64,000 nucleotides of DNA from positions 22,382,001 to 22,446,000 of the forward strand of contig CM022673.1 in NCBI GenBank assembly GCA_012295275.1. Reading direction: 5' to 3'. Source of the stretch: Chrysomallon squamiferum. Taxonomy: Eukaryota > Animalia > Mollusca. The notes beneath the pieces are model-generated. The model saw only the letters and a program-made list of their open reading frames with translations, had not been told where the DNA came from and did no database searches. Below are positions 42,101 to 56,469 of this stretch, one piece after another (positions within the stretch are counted from its first letter, which is position 1; each line of letters opens with the position of its first letter). The translations under genes were made by a program, and so were the position numbers.

Positions 42101-42974
42101 ACCATGTTTGATCGATCAGCTCAAAGTACGACTATCAATATTCCTCGTGTATCCCATACCACCGCTTCATGTTGCCAAATACTTGAAGTAAGAAATGAGG
42201 GGGAAAAAAGTAGCTCAAACATGTTTTCTGTCTAGCACGAGTCGGTGCATGTTGATTCTAGAACGATGATAATGGCGATTAGTAGATATTACGAAAATAT
42301 GCCAAAACGGATAAAACGTATTATAGAAATAGTCAAGCCAGACATAGCACAGTATGCATAGTGAGAGATATTTAATACACATTATGACAATGTGAACAAA
42401 TATGCAATGCTCTGGTGTATCTAATAAATAATAATTTTAGAATTTTTATAAATATTGCTTTCTGTCAGTAGCACCACTATGAGCCAGATGGTGTAATGTA
42501 ATGAAATCACTTAATGTAGTCTGGGATGTATATTTTTGTTTTCTTAATGATTTTATTAGATTTTAATTTTACATAAAGACAACACGTCGGCCTTTAATGT
42601 GGAAGACGACTACAAATAAAGTTCATACCTAAAATTAGATTTATCTTTAGGTATAAATCTCCGACCAAATTTCTTACATTTAGTCAGTTTAGATTTTTAT
42701 CAGGGATGTGATGACTTTTTCATTTATAACTACAGTTCAACAATACCGAATTAAGCACGTCTGAAGTGGTAACACCATAATTAGCAGCAACGGATTGGCT
42801 TCATATTCATGTTAAGTGCGGGTACGCATATAGTTATAGATATAGTCTTGAAAAAAGTGCTGACGTATGCTTAATCATTTGGTCAACAGACAGAAGAATA
42901 TAGAAAAATAATAATTAATTTTCTCTGCACTTATTTGTATTTACGATAGATTAAAAAAAAAAAAAAAAAAACAC

Positions 42975-43012
<38 letters not shown>

Positions 43013-44129
43013 AATAATAATAATAAAAATATATTATAAAGTTACCACCAGTCCATTTTGACATTTTTTGCTTATATTATAAACTAAAATATTAAAATAT
43101 GTTGTCCTAAATATGTGCATTACAAAATGTGTTTTTGGTTAATTTTTTATGTTCACTTAAATTTAATTTTGGATTTTACCGATTTTTGTGTGTCTTTTTT
43201 CATCATATGTATACACTGTAATGGTAACTATGCATAAATACCATTATTTACAATACTGTTGCGCACTGTTCAAATCCAGCAAGCTTTTCAGTTATTTTCA
43301 ATGTTAAATTTTCCTGCCACGATAAACCGAAGCTTGCTCACTGTTTGCAACAATAAATAAGAAGAATTTAGCAACTGTAAAGGTTTTAGAAGACTTAGTT
43401 AATGGATTCTTTTATACTGAGTCCCACAAATGATGCTGAATTTAGTAGTATAAGTAAAAATCAACATTTTACAGAAACGAATCTAAGAAAATTACAATCG
43501 TAACAGTGAGTGGCAGGTTAATAAAATTGTGATGGTTGGTCTTTCAAGTTCGTTAACACATAAATATTTATAGCGGGGGACGGTTACCTTACATCACCTT
43601 ACAAACAAACCGTTTCTTCTTTAGTTTCACGTATTTAACATGGATAAAACGTTTAATAAAAATGGAATCAGTACTGTTTTACATAATGGAACTTTAAATG
43701 CGATTTTCAAAGTGCATCTTTTCGGCACAGTTTTATCTGAAAAATGTCAGATCTTCTTTTCTAAATGGAATGTTTAAGTAATTAAAAGTGATTTTAACTG
43801 GCAATTACCTGTAGCTTTCAATAATGTAAAAAACCGAAAATATAGGTTCTCAGTCCACCACATAAATGTGACTGAATACCCTCTGCTATGTCATAAATGC
43901 AATGTTTAACATAAACTGATACCACCTCAAGACAAACCAGCTAATGATTTCCATAACAAGGCGAAATAAAAACGAGTTTATGTGTTAATAAAAGCGATTA
44001 ATAATGACTTGACCTACAGAGAAATCGTTATTTAAATCTTCATCGATATCTAAATCGCAGCTGAGATGAAAGATCTGGGCCTCACATTACGAAACTCAGG
44101 AGCGTGACAAATTCAAAATGTACCTCAAG

Positions 44130-44290
44130 CCCCATCATTGGTTTGATAAACGAGAACAAAGTTTTCAAAAGGTGCCGGAAGTCGCCAGTCGGGTCGACTC
44201 ATCACGCAGATTAGAGGACTAATGCGTTTTTAAAATATAGCGAAAAACCGGAAATGACGACTCCAAAGGCTTCAGTGGAGATCGGCCATT
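44130..44290. promoter_or_regulatory. Promoter/enhancer-like CpG-rich patch
   Basis: ATTGG (44137), ETS-type GCCGGAAGT (44174) and ACCGGAAAT (44247) in locally GC/CpG-enriched DNA. No associated coding exon found. Confidence 0.3.
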
Positions 44291-44710
44291 AATGATCGAA
44301 CATACAAAGTCGTTTTAAAAGTTGTACGCAGTTTTTCTCAAGTGCAGACCGTTTATACACATACTTTCAAATATTTATCTTTTGTTCTGCTGTAGTGTAT
44401 ATACGTAATATTATGATAACATATACAGCAGTTTTCCAAATATTTATTGTGCCTTTTTCAACATTTCGAACAATGAAACAATAAAATCCTGTTAAAGTGA
44501 TGGTGTTATGTAATTATAATTTATCTTTAATTAACTGGTTAATTATGATTTTAAAGATTTATTTTTATAACTTTCTTTTTTGCAATTTTTATAATTTTTA
44601 TAATTTTTATTTTGTGTTTTAATATTTCCTTTCATTCTTTCTTTTCATTTATAAAGATTTTTCTCTTAGGATAATTATTTTTTAATTAGCTATATTATTA
44701 TATCTGTCAA

Positions 44711-44772
<62 letters not shown>

Positions 44773-47484
44773 CATAAACTTTTTATGATCATTTATCATT
44801 GATTTTTTAATTTTTTTGTTGACTGACTAATTGTTTGGCTAAAATAGAATCATATATTCATTCATGCATACAAGCAATACATACAAACACAAACATATAT
44901 ACATTTATGAATATACACACACACATACACACATATATACATACATACATACATACATACATACATAAACAAATGCATACTCCAAACAGAAACAAATAAT
45001 AAAAATAAATAAATAAATAATAATAATCACACGTGATTTTCAAAAGTCTCGATTTTCTCAGATCCTACAGAATCGTGCTTAAGGTCTAAGACTGGTACCA
45101 GATGATATCAGGCAATGTCTGACGTCTTGACAAGGAAGCGGAACACACTAATTCGATCGGTGTCTGTCTGTTTGACCTGCATCAACAGAACAGTCGCCAG
45201 GTTTAACGTGACACGGGAATCCAATCTAGATAATATTAAGATAATATCTGCGTATAAAGACATTGGCTGATCTAAGAATTATATTAGTTAGGATCATTTT
45301 TCATTTTGTAAACTAGAGAAACAGATTAATGCTCATGACACTGAAAGAATAATAATTTCGAAACCATAATCTTGAATTTTTGTTTCGTATATTCACGAAT
45401 TTGTATAGTGAAATATTTATTCTAGTGTTAACTAGTGTTGATAATACATATGCTGCTACTGATATTATACATACTACATGCTTGTACTTTAACTGGCTGC
45501 TTCTGCTATTACAGTTAAAGTCTAAAAGTTCGAATAACATACGACAGCTTTGAAATTTCGAACATTCTCGAATTTATGAAATTTAGCAGGATTTTTGGTG
45601 TGTGTGCATATGTGCATGCATAAAGAGTCGACGTGAATAATGTTTCTCACCATTTGTATTAAATGTTGATTCTATTATTAATTTCAATTAAATAAGCTGT
45701 GTTGCTAATGAATAAACCATCAAAACATTTTTCTTCGTCATTTCTCCTTAAATTTCAAGTAATGACCGAGAATCCGGAAAAAACTGATACATTTTCAGAT
45801 CTGCAGTCATATGGAGTATCTTCCATAAACATAATTGTACATTTCTAATCTCAAGTGAATTAAGAATCCAACCGCATTTCTACAAGTGTTAAATTAATAA
45901 TACTCTGCAAAAATTTACATTCACGTCAGCTGTCAAATGCTGTTGCCGATTTGTCTAATTTCTTTACATTTCTTATTCGCTATCCTACTTTTCTACCAAA
46001 TTTATACATGTATATGATATCCATTTTAAATGTGCAAATAACTGAATGTCGTTCGAAATGTCAATAACATATGTACATTTTATAAAGAATAAAGTAGGAA
46101 AAACTAATTTCAATGAATGTAGATGGATGGATGGATGGATGGATGAATGGAGAGAGAGAGAGAGAGAGAGAGATATTTGAACAATTAGACGGGTGGATAG
46201 AAGAGCAATGAGTCAGTAAATTAATGATGAATAATTTAGATATTTGGTCAGCTGATTGTTATTAATGGCTAAATGAAGAATAGTTAGATAGTTAATCTAT
46301 TTATTTTTAATTTTTTTCAGTTGTATTACAAAGGAAAACTGCCATGCAATACAAGAAAGATTTCTGCGGTTATATTTCACCACTGAAACAGACAACACAG
46401 AATAACAACGTTTTCTAACCGCATGAGCTGTCACTTATTTCTCTTGAAATTGACAGTGTCAAACTGATTTCATTTCATGTGGTTGATTTCTCTTAGAGAA
46501 ATGCGCTTTGATGCTTTGCCATTTCGCTCACACTTGCGACCATCATGGGAGGCCGATTTCAAATGTCATCTGAAAGTAAAACGAAATGGCCAATTCATTT
46601 GATTAAATCACTCAGATGAGTTTGCTTTACAGCTCGATAGCAATGACCGACAAGTTCGTGATAAGAAAGCGCAATGGTTGTGAAGATTTAGTTTGTTGAG
46701 TATGTTACTGAGTATGCCGCTTGAGCAAGCCATATAGTAAATGAGAGGGTGATATCAATTATTAACTATTGTCACAACAATATGGCGGCAGTCGAAATTT
46801 TTCCAACTTGGAATTGTGAGACCTGTTATCAGAATCTTAAAAAGTATTCTCCAAATTTAGTGAATTCAAGATAAACAAAAATTGTAATAGAACAATTAAA
46901 CAATAAACCAGCCTGCTAAAGATAAATAAAAATTAGTAAAAACCTGCTAATATTATTAATCAGCTGAACAAGCTAAGATTTAAAATATGTAATCTGCCAA
47001 TCCGAAGTATTAGGGTACAGCTCTGATTAAGGCAAATATCTGCCTGAAGAACAATTCCAGATTCTCATGTTTATTCTGGTTTTTAGGTCGACTCCTATTT
47101 GATCCCTCGCTACATCCCCTAGAATTAGCTCTAATTCACAAAAGCACAATTATACTGTTATAATATGTTATTCATGACTTTGATAACAACTACATACCTT
47201 CATGATATTTCTCATTATTAATAAAAGATTCTTTGCTTCCAGATGATAACAGAAACGTAAAGGTTTATAAATTTATAAAGTTGTGACAAATCAATTTGTT
47301 AATTTACATCATCATTATACGAAAATTATGTTATTAGTAAATAATTTATATTCTATCCTATCTTATCTTATTTATTTGTTTGTTTGTTTAAAATAAAACC
47401 TTAATTTTGTTTTATATGCTTTGCTTTCTAATATATTAAACTTTTGTTTTCTTAATTTGTCCGTTTTACGATTTCTTTAATTTT

Positions 47485-47516
<32 letters not shown>

Positions 47517-47562
47517 ATTATTATTAATTTTTTTTTAATGTTTTTTTTATTTATTTATTTTA

Positions 47563-47630
<68 letters not shown>

Positions 47631-48949
47631 TTTACATATTTTGGTTTCTGGACGGATTTTTCTTCAAACTCGAAAAATATCAATAAAAGTTATTTCAAGA
47701 CATCTTGCCCAGTAGATCTATATCTAACTCATCTCCTGATATAAACAGGTTTTTTTCGAGAATTTATCTTCCAAAACGAATAAAATTGCAAGATTTAATT
47801 GCTAGTTATCCACAGAAACAAAGCACAAATACAAATAATAATAATAAAAAATCTATCTATCTATCTATCTATCTATCTATATATATATATATACCACTAA
47901 CTCTCTATCACGAGCACAGAAATTTAGGAAAGATGAAATTAAGCTGGAAAACAATACATTTATATAAATTTTTGTTTATTACTGTTTCCTCTGTGGAATT
48001 GCATTATTAAATAGAAATCTGAATTTTATATAATATTACTTTGCATTTCAATCTGAAGTGTAAATTCAATTTTCACACTTGAGTATATCTTATTAAACTA
48101 GATCATGACAAATTACATTGTGAAGCGTTTGATGTGTTTACAAATCGAAATTACAAAGATGATATATTCGGTGAAAAAATAATTATGTTTGTTAAATAAT
48201 TCATTTATAAATAAATAAAAAGCAAGATACATTTGTACTGTACATAATAAGTAATGGAACATTACATTTATACACACATAATGTGTTTAAGGAGCAGCTA
48301 ATACCATTATTTATAAATACAAATCAGAGGAGAAATTTAGAACTGTAAGCGTAAGTTGACCTTTTAAACGCCTGTTTGTCCTTAATTAAAAGTGAGTAAA
48401 GATCGGAAATACTCAAGTCGGTACATCTTCATGAACAGCAACATCGAACTACTCCTATTGTAACTGGTGTCGCATCATTTGGGTGGGTTATGTCTATCTT
48501 AAATAGCCAAAAAATTTGAAAATGTACGAATTCATATATATTCTATTGTACGAAAGGAAGAAATTATTTCTACATCCTAAGGTTATTTTGGTACTTATTT
48601 ATTCATATCTTTGTGCGATTCCAGAATAACACTATTATACTCTACATCTGATGAGCCAAACTGCAAATACAAAAGCATGGGGATACAGCTTCCTCTGTTT
48701 GAATTATACGTCATTTCGAAAATAAACATTAGCGAACAGCGGTAACTCGAGTAGTTTATATAAAGAAATTTTCCAATAACCAATTACTTTGTGTTTATTC
48801 TTCTTAATCAAGCCATTCTCTCCTTCCGCACAGTGGAAGTAGCAGATGGATGAAGAAACACAATGAAGTAATGCAATAAGATGACGTACGGGATATTTTA
48901 AATTTGTTTATCAATAAGTGACGAAACAGCTTGCAGCAGAGATCTAACA

Positions 48950-48996
<47 letters not shown>

Positions 48997-50074
48997 GAAT
49001 AATAATAATGATGATGATGATGATGATGATAATGATTATGATGATAAAACAATATTTAAAAAACAAACTGCATTAAGAGCTTGCTAAGAAACAGCTAATA
49101 TTTCACAGCGTTTAGTTTAGTCTTTATATCTTTCTCTTTATTAGCGGGTCTATTTCATCTTGACATATAAACAGGATTTCTTCCGTTGTTTCAAATCATG
49201 GAACCCCTCTATTTTGTCTGAAGTAGCAAAGGTAAGAAAGATTTGTTAAAGTCATATTTATTCTCTTCAGCTGGATCCCAAAATGTAGATAGCTTGGGAA
49301 ATTGAAAAACATAGAACAAAATTTAGTATATTCCCTAAATATATAGGGAATGTTCCTTTTTAGTTTCCAGATCAAAGCAGACCTACTGAGTGGATGGGAT
49401 TGTAAACTCTGTGTTATCAGTCTAATAGCAAATATTATTTAAAAAGTATTTCATACATTAATCGTGAAACTCTGGTTTTTATTGGAATCGTCAGAAAAAA
49501 AAGATTGATCGGCCAGTTCGTGGTTCTTCAAACAAGTGTATTCTGTTTCAGCCTATAAAAATATATTCAGAAACAAAAATTTTACCTTAAAAGATAAACA
49601 TAAGATCATAAATTAGTGAAAATATCAGTGTTCTTTTAACAAGTTTTTTTTATTATAATAGTGTATATAGAAAACTGTTGGAAGAAAATCTAGTTTTTAA
49701 TCAAATTAATGCATTTATTAATTCATTCATTTATATTCAATTACATTTGTCTGTGTATCTGTACAGGTCAGCACTACCACATATCAGAAATCAGTCTTTT
49801 TGTTTACTTTTTCTCAAATCGGCCATTTAGTGAGTAATCAGCTAACTGTTTCTAACTGTATCTCTTAACATAAAAATATCGTTGCTGTTGTAGTCGATAC
49901 GGTGAACTTTTAACGCACAATGGTATTATTTTACAAATGATCCATATTCCAGTTCTTGTAGCAGCCCGTGTTTCAGCCAAACCACTGATTCGTTCCGTTG
50001 ATGGCTTCAGAAATAACAAATTAAGCAAACTCCTATCACGAGCCTAACTGGTGATATGTTTAAAATACAGGCAC

Positions 50075-50319
50075 CTCCAATCAATCTTCTCCAATCTGTT
50101 TCCAACACTGGAAAGCTACGGTAACAGATCGCGGCTGAGTGTTGGCGGATGGCTCTGCTTTCACACACACACACACACACAAACAGACGGCTAATTTATG
50201 AATGTGCTGCGTTGGATTTTATACAGTGTCTCAGAAGACAACAGTTTTGAGTTTGGTGAACGCAAGGCACCTCGGGATAGCTAAAACAAGTTCATTCAAG
50301 ATTTAATGAGGAGGTATGT
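50075..50319 (+). other. Candidate promoter and first exon of an unidentified + strand transcript
   Basis: Two CCAAT boxes (50077, 50091), then a GC-richer stretch ending ATGAGGAG|GTATGT (donor at 50314), followed by an abrupt shift to T-rich intron-like sequence. Confidence 0.35.
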
Positions 50320-52424
50320 TTTATTTTTTACTTTTTGTATTATTTGGTGTATTTTATTTATTTTTGTTAGATAGATTTTATTTCATTTGAATTAAAATGG
50401 TATTTTCAGATCATTTAAATTTTGAAATTTTCCAATAAGTACGCTTTTTTGTTGTTGTATTTTTTATTTTTTATTTATTTATTTTGTTGTTTGTTTAAGG
50501 GAAAAAAAGTAAATAAAAAAAAATAAAAAAGTAATCTGTAACTGTAAATTAGGCAACGTTATATTTTCCAACACTTTGTTCTTGCTGCTGTTGTGTTTGA
50601 ATTTATTTCCTCATCTAATACATTTCGGCATAAAACTGACCAGACACGTCTTACACTGCACAGTTTACGAGTTCACAAGAGGCATTAATCGGTCTGTTTC
50701 TTTATTTGGAAGACAGTAGCCTACTAAATATCGGATAGACATATTGCAGTTGATACAATACTAATAATTATTGTTAAGTGAAAAATACTAAATCATTCTC
50801 TATTACTAAAATGTATTAGAGGCTCTTTATATTAATATTCATGAAAGTATTGTATAATTTATTTATTTTATTTTATTAACGTTGAAGGAATTGTGAGAGC
50901 TGTTATAGATGGAAAAGCGGCGGTAATAATAATTATAATTATTAACTCTATTTATTTCTGTTATTTACTTGACGATGACAAAGGATTGCATAGATAATTT
51001 AATATTTTTCTTTTAACGAGAGAGAGAGAAGCTAGAGAGAGAAAAAGCAACGTTTTCTAAGTACAAGTATTTTTGTTACTGTGGTTGTTGGCTGTACTAT
51101 TCATACTGTAGTACTGGTTGTGGAATTGTCATTACTGTTATTATTTTCGTTTTCATCTTCTATCGTTGTTATTTGCTTTCTGCTTCTAGAACATTTGCTG
51201 TTTCCACTGCCGCAACTGTAACCACTTGTACTACATTTCTACCATTTCTAGCATACGACTCTCTTTTCTGTTCTAATGAAAAGCAGGGAGTAAGACAGAA
51301 TGTGTTCACAACTGTCCTTGGCCATTCATAATGTTAGAATGTAGACTGACTGGACTTTGACATCTTACTCCTTGCATCTTAATTACTGTTATTTTTAACA
51401 TGCAAATTCAGAAAGATTTTTGTTATTAGTATACTGAATATGAAAAACAAGAACAGTATTAAAAACAAAGAAAAACCTAAACAACACCAGTTCTCATATT
51501 ATAATATGATGTGTCGAACCACAACCTAAAGCTCTTGTTTTGTTCTACTAATTAAGATTCAAACTACCAGACTAAATATTAATTTTAAAATATATTTTGG
51601 CTCTAAAAGTAGAGATAAAAAAAATAAAAATTAAAAAAATTAAAAAATTAAAAAATTAAAATTAAAAATAAATAAAAATCCTGATTTATCTCTGTAATAT
51701 AAAAATAATTATGACAATAATTATGAATAATGGATAAAACTGACCTTTGATCTTATGTTATAAATTACAACTCTACTAATTTATAATTTTTTAATATAGC
51801 ATGCCAATCATAAAAAATAAAAAATAAATAAAAAATAAAAAACATGTATCCTCATAGAGAGAATGTGATTTTGGGATAATTAAAAAAAAAAATCACAAGA
51901 AACCATTTCATGTCAGTTTAACTTTAAAAATAACCAATCCTCTACGTGTTAATAAACTCTGAAGAATTACGGAGCAACTCTGACATAAAGCTGTGAACTG
52001 CAGTATTTCTGACCCAGGCCTAACGCTGATGTCTGTGGTATTCATGATCCAGAATGGTTCATGTAAGCCGAATTCAATATCCGCTAAACCTCGACAAATC
52101 TGCGTGGGCTTTACTTTTCCAGTTCGTTTACACAACTGCTTACTCGGCAGCCTCGCCATAACCCACATTATTATTTTAAATAATAGAAATAAAGTAAGAA
52201 TTAATTATTGAGTTATACTTCAGCTTACTTAAACTTTTTTTTTTATCCCATATTTGAATGATATTGAGTATCGATGTGTGCACAAATCTGTGTGTGTCTG
52301 TACATTTATGAAATGAAGCAATACAAATAAAAATCACTGAGATAACAGAGAGAGAGCCAAAATATGCCGCAGTACTGAGTTATATTTCATAAACAAATTT
52401 TTTGAAGAATGTACTATACTGGTA

Positions 52425-52463
<39 letters not shown>

Positions 52464-52899
52464 TAATATTCTGTCAAGTTTAAGTACAATACTAGTTCGG
52501 ATCAAAATCCTTAGTAACTCACATAGCGGCATAACGTTTATATAGTCTAAAATAACAAAGCTAGAATTCTATTTTAAAACAAAGTAACTCAAATATAAAT
52601 GATCATTTCTGGCCATAAACATAAGGAAAGGAGGAGGGAGAAGCATGTAGTCTCTGATATGTAAAATAAGGTTGATGGCAGAACGCTGAACGGAAAAAAT
52701 TCATAGCGATTTGACTAGTTATTATAATGCAATGAGAATATTTACTTTGTATAATTTTTTTTAAATAAAACTCTCTGAATTTAGATAAAAATTAACATGT
52801 TCCTTATGCACAGTTCCTATCAGTTTGATGCTATTTCAACAAAAGATCCATCATGAATAGAATGTTTTAGTCAAGTCAAATGGTCTTTATAAAATTAAC

Positions 52900-52922
52900 T
52901 TCAAGATACATATCCTAAAGTG

Positions 52923-53002
<80 letters not shown>

Positions 53003-53756
53003 GTGAGGTTCAAGAGGCCGAAAACCGGTAACTCTGCAATTACGAAGCAACCTTAATATTTTTGCTTAATGAAGACCATCTATCTCACTCATTTAACGCT
53101 CGTGTAACAAACAACATGATATTATTTTTAATATGAGAGGAGTCATCTTCAATACAGATAGAGCCAGTAGGTACCAGTTAAGCTGATGTCTGGAACGAAA
53201 TAATACATAGGTTCGTGTGTTGAAATAGAGATAATAATGAAGTTAGTTCCGCTTTTGATAGTGAAAAAATAATTTCGTCTTGACTTGTTTTGCGTTAAGA
53301 TGTGGGATCTCCACCATCATGGTGAAAAATGAGTATCTACATCTGTACTTCTACTAGATCGCTGTACTCGGAAAGACATATCTGAAATACTCAGTTTAAG
53401 TATACATTAATGTATTCAGGAAATAAAAAGATTTGCTTAATGCAAGAAATAATTCTGAATGCAATTTCAAAATTATTTTTAATCAAACTCTAAGAGGTGT
53501 TTTTAATTTATCTGTCAGATAACACATCATTTTATTAACCCAAACAAGATGGACAGTGAAATTAATAGGATTCTGAAGTAAACAGAACAAGGTATGATTG
53601 TTAAATTATCCACATCCCATTAGTTATTACCTGGATGTTTGTTATAGAACAGACAATTATTATAAAATGGTTTAAACTCGAACAGGAAAAGAAATAATAT
53701 GGATCGTGTCATAAACACACACACGCATACACCAGACAAAAAGACAGTGATATATG

Positions 53757-53832
<76 letters not shown>
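52900..53832 (+). repeat. Left arm of ~0.93-kb inverted duplication
   Basis: CATATCCTAAAGTGACC-(CT)n-ATGTGAGGTTCAAGAGGCCGAAAACCGG...GACAGTGATATATGTATA-(GA)n is the reverse complement of 58750-59727. Confidence 0.95.
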
Positions 53833-53834
<2 letters not shown>

Positions 53835-56426
53835 ATGTATTGTTACTGATGTTAACGTGTTTTGTTAATTACTATATAGCTGCTTATTATCACCGCTGAT
53901 GATGTTTATGTTGCCGTTGCTGTTCTGTTTCTGATATGAAGTGTTTGTTCAATGCACACATAAAATTGTTAACACATGATAATATACATATACAAATAAA
54001 TCTTCTGCCCAGTTAACATGTGAAAAATTCGTATATTCTGATTTATCCGTAGTAACTATATCTTACTATAAATTTGAAACATGTAAATACGGTTCTCTGT
54101 GATTCCACACAATATTTGAATAGCTGAAAACGCAGTATAATTATTAAAACAAAATTCGACTTCCGAAGGCACAGGAGTTAGATTATGTTATTTCTTGTTT
54201 CGAATAAGAAAGTGCAAAAAGTTATCTGACTAGGATCTCTTAACTGAATTTAGAAATATTAAAATAAACTTGAGATCTGCACCAAGATTCTTCATGTGAA
54301 AAGAAAAGAAATCCACTAAAAATGACTATCGATATCTTGGTTAAGGCGTCAGGGCTATAATAATTACTGGAAACGAACCTATTTCCGGTCGTCTACGAAG
54401 CTATAATCTTGGAATTGCTATTTAGATTATTTTTTTCTTTCTATCGCAGTTACAGAGTTTATCACAAATTCGTACTTTGTTTCGACTGAATTAGTTAGTA
54501 AAAGGAGTCGTCTAAAGTGTCCTTCTGTTGGAAAACAACTCTCTGTTTTCATATGTGAATTCTCTTACAACACAAAAATGTGTATATGCTTGTAAACTCA
54601 TATATCTACATGTAAGTTGGTATATTTATTATATAAATTTGTGTAATTAAGATAGATAGTTTGTGATTCTGAATTTGTAATTATGTATGTATGTACGTAT
54701 GTGTATATATTATTTGTGTGTGTTATATATATTATATATATGTTGTGTTTGTGTGTATGAATGTCTGTCTTCTTAAAGATAATATAATACTATGTAGATT
54801 TCTTTGTGTGTGTATATTTTATATTCGTTAGTTAGTATCGACGTGTGTATATGATTTTATAAATTACTTCCAAATTCTTCGAATTTTAAATCGTAAAAAT
54901 TAAAATTCTAAATATTAAAATAAAAATAATGATACAGAAACAGTAAATACTTGAATGTTACAATGATGTGGAAATTTTAAAAGAAATATACAAGTTACTG
55001 TGAGAGTTGGACATGTCCTTTTCCTGGATTTATACGATCTTAATGATAGTCAAAGATGACATTAAGAAATTTAATAATAACTTTATCTGTACTTCGAAAT
55101 GTTAAGACGCCTTGTTGACGCCAAGCATGAGTTCAGATAGATTCAATGCGCTCTTAATTTTTCCGTCATTAGCTACCATCCGTCATATATTCTTCTATTC
55201 AGTTTTCCATCAACGTTAGGTCTTGGTAATGATGAAGTAACTGTAGACTTGATGAAGTAGACCGGCATAATAATGTCATTCAAACAGTCACAGTCAGTTA
55301 GAACGCGAATAAGAAACAAGTTATTGCCTAATGCTTAGCAACTGTCATCACAGCTGTCTGAAGAAATATTAGTTTCATAATATGTTTCTTCCGTGCGCAT
55401 TTACGTTCAAAGCAAGTGTAAATTGTTATTGAAATGTTGCAGACTGAATGTGCCGCAAAGTCAGTGACTTGTTTGTGAATTCCCTGTGTCAAATGAAGAT
55501 TCGGCTACTCCAAGTCCGGCGATTTATGAGCTGACGCTTCAGTAATTTCTGAGAACATTCGCCAAAAAAGTCTCATTTGGAACAATTGGCCATGATAGCA
55601 GTAAAGCACTCACAACAAAGTCTCAATTTCCTGACCGCGCTACGCTGTCAAGTGCACTTTTGAAGTAAATCGTTGCCCAATTTCATAGCAATTCCCTCCT
55701 CTTAATGCCCTTGTTAAAATCGTCGATTGCAAATTTTCCTTCGATCTGCAATTCAATTAAAGCCTTGCACCCTGATGACTGAGCCGCTCTGAACGGGTCT
55801 GCGACTGATTGAACGTTTCCTGGGCAGATCTGCCCGATGAATCGAAGGCTAATCAGAACCGAAAATAGCACCATTAATGTTTTTGTCCCGGCACCTCTTT
55901 TCACCTCCCGACATTCCCGAGTGTTTGTCTGAATAAAATGGCATCATCCGATATTTTCGCAAAACAGTAGTAATAATAGTAGTAGTAGTAGTAATTGTAT
56001 AAGTAACGGCTGCAATTGTAAGAACAGTCTTAATAATAACAATAACAACAACAATAATAACCTTTATTTCCCCCCCAGAATGATACCGTAAGACAAATTA
56101 GATTCTATAAAGATTTCAAATTATTAACATGTATACTTCTAAAGACTTTATACTATTCCCTCAAGCCCATTATATAACCCGGAAAAAAACCCTGAATGGA
56201 TGCAGGTCTATGATATTCTGACTTTTGAAATACTGTGTCTGCAAGAGGACAAATACTTCTGCATGAACCAAGTTTCCATAGCAACAAATCACCAGTTATA
56301 TTGTTAGAACCTTATGCAATAAGCAGACACAAATCTTTTTTTTTCTTTTTTTTATCGTCGATTTGTCTGTAGTTATAACAGAGAAAGAAAGATGACTACT
56401 GCTGAGTGTTTTTGGTTTTTTTTAAG

Positions 56427-56469
<43 letters not shown>

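Noticed and set aside
55683-55904. 73-aa minus-strand ORF inside the inverted-repeat spacer, and a TAGCACCATT match to the miR-29 5' end at about 55867
   Set aside because: Non-ATG start and no domain. The miRNA match stops after 10 nt and there is no precursor hairpin.
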